Positions 22,488 to 33,906 of a stretch of 64,000 nt of DNA are shown here, piece after piece. The first letter of the stretch is position 1. Each line of letters opens with the position of its first letter. Source of the stretch: Podarcis gaigeae (lineage: Eukaryota); the NCBI GenBank assembly GCA_964106915.2, contig OZ066917.1; one strand, written 5' to 3'. The position numbers were made by a program, and so were the translations under genes. Under the pieces are notes generated by a model. That model searched no databases. It saw only the letters and a list, made by a program, of their open reading frames with translations, and had not been told where the DNA came from.

Positions 22488-22765
22488 TACATGACAAAGC
22501 CATTTTTCACCTTCTCACCCCTTGCTTTTTCCTGTAAGACCTATTGCAGTCGTTAAGAGTCGTCAACAGGCTCATCACAGCTATCTGCCAATCACCCATT
22601 CCCACCACCCTTCTGAGTAATACCCCTCCCCACCTTCTCACTATATAGAAGGGTCTGGAAACTTCTGTTTCAGTGTATCTGAAGAAGTGTGCATGCACAC
22701 GAAAGCTCATACCAAGAACTAACTTAGTTGGTCTTTAAGGTGCTACTGGAAGGAATTTTTTTTGT
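22488..22765 (+). mobile_element. Penelope-like element terminal repeat (pLTR) insertion
   Basis: 13-bp TSD TGAGACAGATTTA (22475-22487, 22766-22778); hammerhead core followed by TTAGTTGGTCTTTAAGGTGCTAC, typical of vertebrate PLE ends. Confidence 0.8.
22675..22712 (+). ncRNA. Minimal type I hammerhead ribozyme motif (PLE-associated)
   Basis: GTAT-CTGAAGA-A-GTGTGCATGCACAC-GAAA-GC-TC-ATAC: stem I GTAT/ATAC, CUGANGA core, palindromic stem II, GAAA, palindromic AGCU stem III and a UC cleavage site. Confidence 0.75.
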
Positions 22766-23705
22766 TGAGACAGATTTAGTTCGCCGAGTCATGTTCCCCA
22801 AAGAGAGACACAGGTGAAAAGCTTTTTAATCCTCTCTCTTCAGTGTGATCAGCCAGAGATACTTTGCCAGAGATTCCCCATTTTCCACATCAGATGCTCG
22901 CTCCCATGTGTGAGCGAAAACAAGCCAATGTGCAGCTGAGAGGACCCTGCTGTTCATACTGAGGAGGACATGGCAAAAGAGGCTAAGGGCCCATTGGTGA
23001 TGTCTCAGCTCTCATGGGCCAGAATAAGTGAGTGGAGCTAACGTTTCTGGACTTGGTGGAATCATTTAAGCCTGCAAAATCCTCCACTCTGGTAGCAGCA
23101 GCACCTACATGGAAGTGTAGAGAGGACTCTAGTGAAGATGTGTCTTCACCGGGCAATATTCACAATGAGGAAGAAGATGTGGCCTATACATGGGCCTTAG
23201 GGAAGTCATGACTAGGGTTATTTATGAAGCTTCTTTTTTTACAAGAGATGGGACCAGAACTACTAGTTCCAGGATTTCCAACAGAGTCTAGCATTGGGGC
23301 TTCCCGGTGACCCATTTGCTAAGCAATCATCCTGATTTGTTTGAAGGGAAGTTAGACATGGGAAAATTTTACCTGGGAATTCTCTTATGTAAGGTAGAAC
23401 AGGACAACTTATTGATTGATTGTACTCTATGTCTTTATTGCATTTCTGTCTTTAATGGAATCTTGCCCAAGGCAGTTTACTATAAAACACATAAAAACAT
23501 ACCACAATAAAAAGCTGCAGCTAGCACAAATTAACAACCAAGGAGTATGTCAACAATGGAATCTTTTTCAGGTTCATGAGAAAGTGTATTCATTCTACAT
23601 CTTTCCATAAATATTTGTCCCTTCTTCTTTGGTGATACTGAACAAATAATGTATATTAAAGTAAAACTAGTTCTGAAAAGAGCAAACAAACAAAACAAAT
23701 CAATA

Positions 23706-23947
23706 CAGTGGTACCTCGGGTTAAGTACTTAATTCGTTTCAGAGGTCTGTACTTAACCTGAAACTGTTCTTAACCTGAAGCACCACTTTAGCTAATGGGA
23801 CTTCCCGCTGCCGCCGCGCCACCGAAGCCCGATTTCTGTTCTCATCCTGAAGCAAAGTTCTTAACCCGAGGTACTATTTCTGGGTTAGCGGAGTCTGTAA
23901 CCTGAAGTGTATGTAACCTGAAGCGTATGTAACCCGAGGTACCACTG
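23706..23947. mobile_element. pogo/Tc1-mariner-type MITE, 242 bp
   Basis: TIR CAGTGGTACCTCGGGTTA / TAACCCGAGGTACCACTG with TA TSD. Confidence 0.92.
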
Positions 23948-26611
23948 TACTCGGCTATGATAAGTCTGAGTGACTAGCACCGGGAACTTCTTGTGTTATC
24001 CAAAGTGTGTCTATATGCAAACTGTCCTCATTTCACATTAGCTCCTGAAACAGATGTATGGGTACCAGTAAAGACAAGAAGTGGGGTGTTTTGCAGGGCT
24101 TTGCATATTGTTATCTAGGGTGCTTCCAGGAAGGGATTTAATTGGCAATGGGGTTTTTGATTTCCTTTTACCCCTAGGAAAGATGAATCCTGATTAAATG
24201 AGGTGGAGTGGGGAATACAGCCTGGCATTTTGATGTCTGCGATAGCATCCTGATACCAAAAGAGAGAGAGAGACACAGAGACACAGAGAGAAAGAGTGCT
24301 AAGAAGGAGCACCAACCCTACAGTAAACACTGGGTGCATCATTTGTGTGGACCGTGCTATGAGTGTGCATTGGTCCTATGATTTTGCCTGGCTTTTTGTG
24401 TGAACTGTGAGGAGATGGCAATAAATGCAGCTTTTGCACAAATGCTCCATGGTTTGTAAGACTAGGTACAATAAATCAGGGCATCAGAGTCGCTGACACA
24501 GGTTGGGGTGTGTGAAGAAGACCTCCATTAGTAAATCTGCCATGTGAAACAAGTCACTAAAATGATAGCCATGAAAGGTTTTTCCTTCACTTCTTCAGTG
24601 GAAGCTCTGATGAGCCTGTATAACTGTGCATAGTTGTTGCTTTTGTTTTGTCTTTGCTTCCAATTGCTGGGCTCATTGGCACATCTCTTGCACTCTTCTG
24701 GGAGGCAAAAATCCAGGGATCTGCTGAGCAGAATAAGTAGGAGAGCCGTCCAAATGCAGCCACGTGGATTACCACATTTTGAAGTGAAAAGTCTCAAATT
24801 ACCTGTCTGTGCCACTACTTTGTACTTACACAAACAATGCACGGACATGAAAAGGAGCTGTAAAAAGTGTGTGTGGGGGGGAGTTCTCTCAAATGCATCA
24901 GTAATGACAGATATTAAAATATAGCCACCCACATTAAGCTACTGCCTTTGACTTTTGAATGTGCTTCTGAGAGGATTAACTGCAAAGCACCTTCCCCCGA
25001 GAACAGATTGCTCAGGTACCCTCTCCACAAATAGGACATGAGCTTTGCATACCGGAGGGAAAGAAAAAGGCTTCTGTTAGTAGGAGATGCTTATCTTTCT
25101 TTACCACAGGGAGGGATGCCTGCCACTATTTGGCAGTGACACTATCTCGACATCAAGAGAGCCAGCCGAATGGCGGGAAGAGATAACCAGCCGGCTCTTG
25201 GTCCTTATGCAAAGAAATCCGCCAGAGACTTAAAAATGAAGGGGGCGGGGGAGTAGGAAAGTGTTTTGTACAAAATGACACTTGCTGTGGTGAATATTGA
25301 TACAGAACATTTGGGCTTGGGTGAGCTTTGGATTATACATTTCGGTGCCATTTAGGAAGAGTCTGGGATGCACTAAGGAGACAAGGATCCATCAGGATTT
25401 CCGTAATCAGTCTAGGCTTTGACAGCTATTAAAACCTCTTTCTGTCAATGAGCAAGCTTCTTCCAGCTGCATAAGTCACTCTTGTGTCCATCAGTTTGGG
25501 ATAACACAGTCCTTTTAAAATGCAGCACGTAGATATTGGCTTTGCTGTGTGAAGATGAAATCCTGGCAAAAAGCAAAGTAGAGCAATGGATGATGGTGAT
25601 GGTTACATACACCTTTGGGCCGCTGCTACAATAAATTATGATGGCGATGATGATGATTAACATTTTAAAATGCTTTTAGATGTTCGTAAATGATTTAAAT
25701 GTTTTTTTTTAAAAAAATATATATTTAGAATTTCACTATTTTGCTGCTTTGTTTTCTGCTTCCCTGGGATCCTTTTAAAAGACAGGCAGATTAGACATTT
25801 TAATAATGATAATGATCTTAGTATTACCTCTAATACCTCATCAGCATGAAGTGTGTTTCACAAGAGGAAAGGCCCTGCCAGAGGCCTTAAAGCTAATAGC
25901 AAATCATTTCAGGGATGATTTTTTGGCATTTGTTAGGGAGAAAAGGATTACATTTCCCACAGACTGAAGTACTAATGAAAGTTGGTCTTCCTTGGTGCCC
26001 GCTATAAAATTGAGGAAGACTATTGCTATCTTGAGGAGTTCAGGGTGGTGCCCTATACAATCTAGTGTAGCTGTGTGTTTCTTCTCCATAAGGGACTAGT
26101 CCTCATTTTGAAGAACTCAATTCAGAAAGTTGTCTGGTTTCAACATAAAAGAATCATCACAATGCAGAGCAGGCCAAATCTGCCCCCTAGTTCTTCTGTT
26201 TGCCCTTTGGGACCCTCCCTGGGCCACCCCTCCTCAGGTCACACCCACCCATGGCAATACCCTTTCTTGAATGTTTTTGTTGGGTTGTAATGTGTTATTA
26301 AACTGCGGCAAATTCCATTTGCTTGGAAGGAGGCAAGTGGTGTGTGTGTGTGTGGACTGTAATCTACTGTAGAAAGTAAATAATTGTATTCATTGCACCA
26401 CCCACTTTTGAATCTGGCTCTATGCACCACTGCTATATGGCCCCTGACAGGTTGCCTATAAAGGAATGTGGCCCCCAAAATATTTGCCACCCATGCCACC
26501 CAAGCTGCCAACAAGAAAAAATTGACTTGTGGGTGTTTTGTGCAGAGGCCAGCATGGGGTTTTGGCATACTCTGGCTGATCTGTTCAAAGACTTTCACAT
26601 GAGAATGACAT

Positions 26612-26644
<33 letters not shown>

Positions 26645-26654
26645 ACACACACAC
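26612..26654. repeat. (CA)n microsatellite
   Basis: Direct observation. Confidence 0.98.
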
Positions 26655-27475
26655 GAAAAGCTGCACAGAAATTATGGAGCAGTAATTGTCTCCTGTCTCC
26701 CCGCCCTCCTCATTTTTCTCTTCCTGAAGGAGCTGTGCCAACATAAAAATGCTGCCAAGCAATAAGGACCTGGAGTACCCCAGCGATATCTGAAGCTGAG
26801 AAACAAGAGGAATTATTGCCACCTCCCCTCCCCTTGAATCAGCTGTAGAACTAGCTAAGAGTAAGCGCTACAAGTACAGTGCACTGTTTCAGCATTCCCT
26901 CTTCAGTAAAATCAAGCAATCAAAGTCCTGTCAAGTTGAACATCAAAGAAGAGAAAGACGAGACAGCCCTGGAGACTGAGCACTCACACATTGACTGCCT
27001 GGCTCTTTATTGTTTGAGTTTAGGTACCACTGCTGCTTAAATGGCCATTCCCTTCCCCCTGGTTCTTTCCATTTATCTTTCTGTGCCAATCCATGTGAGT
27101 TTTTCTTCTCTGTGTCCTCGGGCCAGGATAGCGATGGTGCAATGCTGTTCATATCTGATTGTTTTTAAAATCAAATTTGTATCCTGCTGTTGCTTGTTGG
27201 AGCCTTCTTGGGATTGCTCTCTTATCTTCATGATAACCCTACGAGTTAGGTCAGGTTGTGAGATACTGATAAACGCATGAGAGCGCATGTGTGCAGTGCA
27301 GCTCTGTGGACAGCAAACTTTGAACGGTCAGGAAGAACCCTTCACTGAGTCGCTGCTTTCATGAATTTTGCAGGCAAGACCTCCATATTGTACATGTTTC
27401 TGTCCTGGCTCTTGGTGGATGAAGAACTCAAACTTGGAATTTGGTTTCTGCCAAAATCTTTAATGCGCAAATCAG

Positions 27476-28008
27476 TGTGAGACACAGGCAAGTCACAGCA
27501 GGTAGATTGTATGGCTTGGGTACCTAAGCTATTGATCCAACTGGTGACCCCTTCCCATTCCTTACTTTTGAAGAGAGGGGCATGGAAATCTTTAGCGTTG
27601 CAAATCAGAGATGTCCCTGGACTGGGCATGCAAATGGGCATTCCTTCATGTAGGTTGGGCCTAAGTGGCCAATGGGACAGAGACGGAGACCTGCTCAGTA
27701 CCTTATGTGCCATCCACTGCTTCCCCTGAGGGCAGAAGTAAAGTAATCAGGGTGTTTATGCTGCAGATGCCTCTGAACTGGGAGGGATCAGGCTGTGAAG
27801 GCACAGAAGAAGGAATTTGCCCTCCCAACCCACTCAGTCTCTCTGTGGGATCCAGCTCCGTGGTCTTTGGTTCTGTGACCTCTTCCTCCAGCCTCGATGC
27901 TTCTTGAGGCCTTCCCCAACCTGCTGGGACTTTCCCCAGGACCATCAGACTCCAGTTCTTCAAAGTCCTCCCACACTTCCTTCTGATCCACCTACCCCCT
28001 CCATGACA
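27476..28008 (-). mobile_element. Possible LTR remnant
   Basis: The minus strand runs TGTCATGG...TCTCACA and is purine-rich with an acidic pseudo-ORF, like reptile Gypsy LTRs. No TSD. Confidence 0.35.
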
Positions 28009-28619
28009 CGTCCACATGGCTCATGGCAGTATTCATGCACATGCTCCCCAGTGCAAAATGCTCACATCTGACATGGTCCTTGGTCTTAGCGAATGCCAGG
28101 CTGTATGTAACTTCAGAGCTGGTTCACAGAAAGGGGGAAGTGGGATGATTACTGATACTTTGCTTGTACAGATTGCTTTTCTTACCAACACAAAGGCACC
28201 ATATTATTTATATCCTCTGATTAAATATGAGTTGCCATAATTTCTTTAATCCCCGTAACAACTCTCTAAGGAAAAATAAGGAGCACTCTTCTCCTTTGTT
28301 TACATTTGAAGAAATAAATATACTAATTGACTTAATAAAAGGGGAAACAAAGCAAACCATAAATGTTGTTTTTTGGCTAGAGCGCGCCCATTTGTCACTG
28401 CAGAGCCTTTTGTAATGTGAATTGCTCTTGTCATTCCAGAGATATTGGGGGATCAGGCTATGTGATTAGCCTTTTTTCATATTGTGACTTGGGTTTATCT
28501 TATGCCTGTAATGTGCTTCTCACTCTGGGATGCTTAATAAATAATAATGATGAGTCTGACTCAGCTGAGCTTCGACACAGTAAGAAAAGATGCGTGGACT
28601 GCTGCTTCCACTTAGTTAT

Positions 28620-28633
28620 GTTGCCTAGGAAAC
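28620..28633. promoter_or_regulatory. RFX X-box motif
   Basis: GTTGCCTAGGAAAC fits GTTNCC-WW-GGNAAC; function not shown. Confidence 0.4.
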
Positions 28634-29989
28634 AGCAGCCTGAGATAGCTGTGCAGTTTTGAGCAGGACCATTTTAAGTTTTCTTTTCAGAGAAGGCATC
28701 ACAGGAAAATAATGTAAAATTCAAGTGTGCAGGGTGGGTGGGAGGGAAAGGAGGAATTTGTCTGCTCATCCTCTCACATATCAGCATGTCTCCAGGGAAA
28801 GCCTTCAAAAAGCTGAAGCTCGCATTAATCAGTAAGGAGGCATTCACAAAATGTTAATTTTTCCCCCTTAAAGAAATCTAGATTAACTAATCCAAATAAA
28901 TGCCAACCCCTTACTCTGTTCTTCCTAACAATTTCGAGTGATTCTAATCTAAAACATAAATGAGAAAAGCCATTTGCACTTGGAAGACTCCTTGCAATTC
29001 CCCAATACAATCCCCAAATAGGAGCATCCATTTTAAAGATGTGGATTTGTCCTCCTTCCTGCTGTTTCAGTTTTAGGCAATATTCTCACAATTTAATGTT
29101 AATCTGTTTTTTTGTTTCATTATGTTTTGCTGGGTGCTGTTTATGCACAGCAACTGTACATTGAACTGAAAATATTGGCCATGGACACATCTCCCATAGC
29201 AGGACTTGAATAATCATAATCATAATCATTTCGTTTCTGAATTGCTTCATATGAGGCAACTCAGAGTGGCTTACAATACAATAAAACATCTAAAATAAAA
29301 CAACTGCATGTATGAAAGCAATTTATAAACAAAACAACGATAATCACACATGTAGAATCAGTTTCAAATCCAACACAGATAGCAACTAGAATATCACACA
29401 GTAGTCCTCCTAACTGCTGGGCTGTAGGAACCAAGTGCTGTTGTTTCCTTGCATACAATATTCTCTGGCCATTTTGTGAAGCCAATAATAACATAAAATT
29501 AAAATAAATGGATTGACCATTTTGTGCAGCCACTGATTCTGCAATATGTACTTATCTGATGTTTCCCTAGCTGACTCTCTGAAGAATGAAAAATGTGGCA
29601 TTTTTTTTTCTTAGCAGGGAATTTACTACTACAGTATTATAAAAGTGCTCAATGAATTTCACTAGAACAAACACTGAAACATGTTGAAAGAAACCAGTTC
29701 CCATTCCTCTCCATTTGCAGAGCCTACATACTTTTAAGGTAGTATAAAAAACATTGAAATGAATGGGTTCAGTATAAACAAGGCCACTTGTCACTTGACA
29801 CAGCACCTAAAAGGAGGAACTGCATCCCCCAAGAAAGAAAATAAGATTTGGGTCACATTTGTATTTATCTCATTTTCTATTTTTATGTTGCGAACCACCC
29901 TGTGATCTTCAGATGACGGGTGGTATACAAATTTTATTTATACAACAACAACAACAACAACAACAGCAACCAGTGCTTTCTATGCACCA

Positions 29990-29992
<3 letters not shown>

Positions 29993-30046
<54 letters not shown>

Positions 30047-30125
30047 TTATTATTTATACCCCGCCCATCTGGCTGGGCCTCCCCAGCCACTCTGGGCGGC
30101 TTCCATAAAAACCAAAAATACAGTA
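29993..30125 (-). mobile_element. L2-clade LINE 3' tip with (AAT)n tail
   Basis: TTTATACCCCGCCCATCTGGCTGGG..CAGCCACTCTGGGCGGCTTCC matches the 3' end of 58455-58903. Confidence 0.85.
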
Positions 30126-30939
30126 AAAGAAAGTTGAGTAATGATGAAATTGGTGAGTAGTGATGCGGTTGCTATGGGCAGCAAAAATGATTGCCACCAT
30201 TTCTTTATCCCTCCCCCCCCCCCTTGTGCAGGTATGGAGAAGTGCACCCAACTGGAGGGTGGAATCCAGAAGCAGGCAACTCTCAACAGGCCACTTGGAC
30301 AGGTGAGCCATGTGCCAATTGTCTGGCATCTTATGATGTCAAACGACAGGAAGTTTGAGCCACAGCTGCAATGGAAGACTCTTCCTTTGTAGCCCAGTTT
30401 GAATGGCTGGAATTCAAGCCATGAATGCAAAGGAAGAACTGGGAATACACTCTAAGTGCATGCCTAATCATTCCTTTGGCAGATGGCACTTTTTGAATCT
30501 GCACTTTGTCTGACTCTTGCTGTGCATGGTGAATTTAAAAAGTGCTGACTTTTGAGTGCAAAGGAAAGATCAGGGCCACACTTGCCATAAGATACAGGAA
30601 ATATGGGCATGGTTTACTCTAAACATGCATACATACATACATAAATGCATACATACATACATAAATGCATAATTTGTATGCTCTTTCCAGAGTTCAAACC
30701 ATGCTGAAGGTGGCTTACAATATGGAGGGACAGCTGCTAGGATTACAATTTTCATTCTTCTACACCTGGACATAACATTATCCACATGTTTTAGGAAGCA
30801 TAATACGTTCATCAAACAAATTTCACATCTAAGCATATCACCTTGGCCTCAGTAAGGCTTACCTGCCCCATCTGGGCTATATAAAAGGGTGTCTCCTAGG
30901 TGACTTTTGTTGTGAAGTGCCCTGAATTCTTTGGGTATA

Positions 30940-31307
30940 GGTAAAGGTAAAGGTAAAGGTACCCCTGCCCGTACGGGCCAGTCTTGACAGACTCTGGGGT
31001 TGTGCGCCCATCTCACTCAAGAGGCCGGGGGCCAGCGCTGTCCGGAGACACTTCTGGGTCACGTGGCCAGCGTGACAAAGCTGCATCTGGCGAGCCAGAG
31101 CCGCACACGGAAACGCCGTTTACCTTCCCGCTGGTAAGCGGTCCCTATTTATCTACTTGCACCCGGAGGTGCTTTCGAACTGCTAGGTTGGCAGGCGCTG
31201 GGACCGAGCAGCGGGAGCGCACCCCGCCGCAGGGATTCGAACCGCCGACCTTTCGATCGGCAAGTCCTAGGCACTGAGGCTTTAACCCACAGCGCCACCT
31301 GCGTCCC
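30940..31307 (-). mobile_element. Sauria SINE, distinct subfamily, with TSD
   Basis: Same head as the other copies but a different body; (ACCTTT)n tail; TSD TTCTTTGGGTATA(GG) at 30927-30941 and 31308-31322. Confidence 0.93.
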
Positions 31308-31403
31308 TTCTTTGGGTATAGGGTGGTATAAAAATGTAATAAATAATGTTGTGGGGAAAATTAGAAGCATTTTTGTTCAGCAGATAAATCATTAAATGAA
31401 CTC

Positions 31404-31405
<2 letters not shown>

Positions 31406-31455
<50 letters not shown>
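31406..31455. repeat. (GA)n microsatellite
   Basis: Direct observation. Confidence 0.98.
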
Positions 31456-31457
<2 letters not shown>

Positions 31458-32924
31458 CAAAAGTCACTTCAGTCATAGAAGAACTGCATGGTCCTTAATA
31501 AGCTGGAGGGCAAACAAAAACATTATAGTACAATCCTATGCATTTTTACTCAGAAATAATTGATTTTTTTCAGTGGGGTTTAATCCTGAAAACCTGTTAA
31601 TATTATTATAGTCTTAAGGTCCTACACAAAAGGTTGTGGTGAGTGAAAGCAACATTATATACAAGTACATATACGGTATTTACAAAAAAGAAAGAAAAAA
31701 GAGTAACCTTGTTGTTCCATAATTAAACAAAAACAGAAATACGGCAAGTGACAGTTCTGTGACATTTTTCTGACTTTTTTTGTTGGTCCTAATAAAAGGG
31801 GCATTTTGCAACTGGTGATTTTGGAGTCTTTTTTCCTTCTGGAGCAAGAGTCATTTAAAACTTTTCTTAAAAATATAAAAAGACACACATTTTCTGGTGT
31901 CACATGTCGTTTGCCTCCACTCTGCGCAAAGTGGAGCAAAAGTATTGCGATCAAATTGCCCAAAAATTTATTCAATAAGATTCTTGGCCCATTTCTGTCT
32001 GGTACTTTTATCTAGATATTCAGGAGGAGGAAATGTAAGGCCAATATATGGGTCTTGTTGTGTTCTTCTAAACACCCCCGTTTCCTGTTTTCCTTCAGTA
32101 GGGTTTCACTCTCCCTCTCCTGATCTCCTCTATCATCTGGTCATTCAGTCCACAGATGGGCCTTCAACAGCCTCCTCTGCTTTTTGTCTTATATAAACCG
32201 CCTCAGGTCAGGGTATGCCATCACCCTTTCATCTTTTAATTGGCTTTATGTAGCTGTATCTAGGCCTCAGACTTATTACCAAGGAAATTGCTCCTTAATT
32301 CATTTTTTAGACAACTCCTTTAAATCCTACTTTTCCCAATCAAAGTTTTGGGATTCAACTAATTTGCCTTGTCTCCCTCTGAAATTGTCAAGAAAATAAA
32401 ATGTAAACATTAAAAGAGTGGATTGCATTGGCTCTCAAATAACATTAAGTAATTAGAAGGATGAAGGTTTAATTTTGTAGGCTTACATTCGCACAGCCTG
32501 TAGTCATTTCATTCATTTAATTTAAAAAGAACAAAATGCTATAATGAAAAAAAAGTGATCTGCCGTGATAATAAACTGCATGCTTAGAAAGTCTTGAACT
32601 CTTGCTTCATTGTGCATGGATAATGCCTTAGTTAAAGGATTAAAGACGTTTAAGATAATGAAACTATATATATATATATATATATGGCTGAATAACTTTT
32701 CATAATTGTATTTTTCCTAGTCAATGCCAATTATTTTCCAAGCAAACGTTTAAATATCCATGTTAATTACATTTATTAGTCTCTGCTATAGCATTTTCCA
32801 CTAATGATGATCCTCGAACTGGATATACTTTTTTTAAAAGTCCAATATGACAAGAGAAAACATAAATAGGAAATGAAGAAAATCACTAGGCTAAAAATCT
32901 TTTTAAAGTTAAGGGCGTGCAATC

Positions 32925-33097
32925 CTCACACAGTGGCAGAGCACACAATTTGCATGCAGAATCTCCCAGGTTCAATCGCTGGCATTTCAAAATGTAGCTG
33001 GTGAGGGAAAAGACCTCTGCAAGATACCCTGTCAGTCATTTATTGGTCTTGATTGACAAATAGCCTGACATGGTATAAGCCAGTTTCCTATGCTCCT
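32925..33097 (+). mobile_element. tRNA-derived SINE (Squam2-like), degenerate
   Basis: CAGTGGCAGAGCAC..TTGCATGCAGAATCTCCCAGGTTCAATC head and TTCCTATGCTCCT tail. Confidence 0.65.
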
Positions 33098-33190
33098 TAA
33101 AATGCAAAGTACACTGTGGTGATCACTGCATCTCTAACCTGCCTCATGATTTATTTATTTTTTTTTAAAAAGGTGAGGGAGAACCTTGGG

Positions 33191-33711
33191 GTTTGTTTGT
33201 TTGTTTGTTTGTTGTTGTTGTTGTTTAGTCGTTTAGTCGTGTCCGACTCTTCGTGACCCCATGGACCAGAACACGCCAGGACTCCTGTCTTCCATTGCCT
33301 CCCGCAGTTTGGTCAAACTCATGTTAGTAGCTTCGAGAACACCGTCCAACCATCTCGTCCTCTGTTGTTCCCTTCTGCTTGTGCCCTCCATCTTTCCCAA
33401 CATCAGGGTCTTTTCCAGGGAGTCTTCTCTTCTCATGAGGTGGCCAAAGTATTGGAGCCTCAGCTTCATGATCTGTCCTTCCAGTGAGCACTCTGGGCTG
33501 ATTTCCTTAAGAATGGATTGGTTTGATCTTCTTGCAGTCCATGGGACTCTCCATAATTAAAAAGCATCAATTCTTCAGCGATCAGCCTTCTTTATGGTCC
33601 AGCTCTCACTTCCATACATCACTACTGGGAAAACCATAGCTTTAACTATACAGACCTTTGTTGGCAAGGTGATGTCTCTGCTTTTTAATCTGCTGTCTAG
33701 GTTTGTCATAG
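33191..33711 (-). mobile_element. Bov-B LINE, 5'-truncated (RT C-terminus and 3' tail)
   Basis: The antisense strand encodes KLRLQYFGHLMRREDSLEKTLMLGKMEG..RWLDGV, the Bov-B ORF end, and has a (CAA)n tail. Confidence 0.95.
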
Positions 33712-33714
33712 GGT

Positions 33715-33906
33715 TTGTTAGCCACCCTGAAAGCACTTGTCCTCCACTGTCGGAGGCAATATGTATGCTTCTGAATACCAGTTACAAGAAACTGCAGGAG
33801 GGTACAGTGCTGTCGCACTCAAGTCCTGTTTACAAGCTTCCCATAAACATCTGCTTGGCCGCTGTGAATAGGACGACTGGCCTGATCCAGCTCTTATGTT
33901 CTTATG
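33715..33906 (+). mobile_element. CR1-type LINE 3' UTR
   Basis: ..GCTTCTGAATACCAGTT..GGCCTGATCCAGCTCTTATGTTCTTATG end; related to 7555-7790. Confidence 0.65.

Noticed and set aside
25110-25232. Good splice acceptor (TTTCTTTACCACAG) followed by a 40-codon frame
   Set aside because: No donor before the stop and no recognisable protein.
27297-27317. REST/RE1-like motif TGCAGCTCTGTGGACAGC
   Set aside because: The left half-site has several mismatches to TTCAGCACC.
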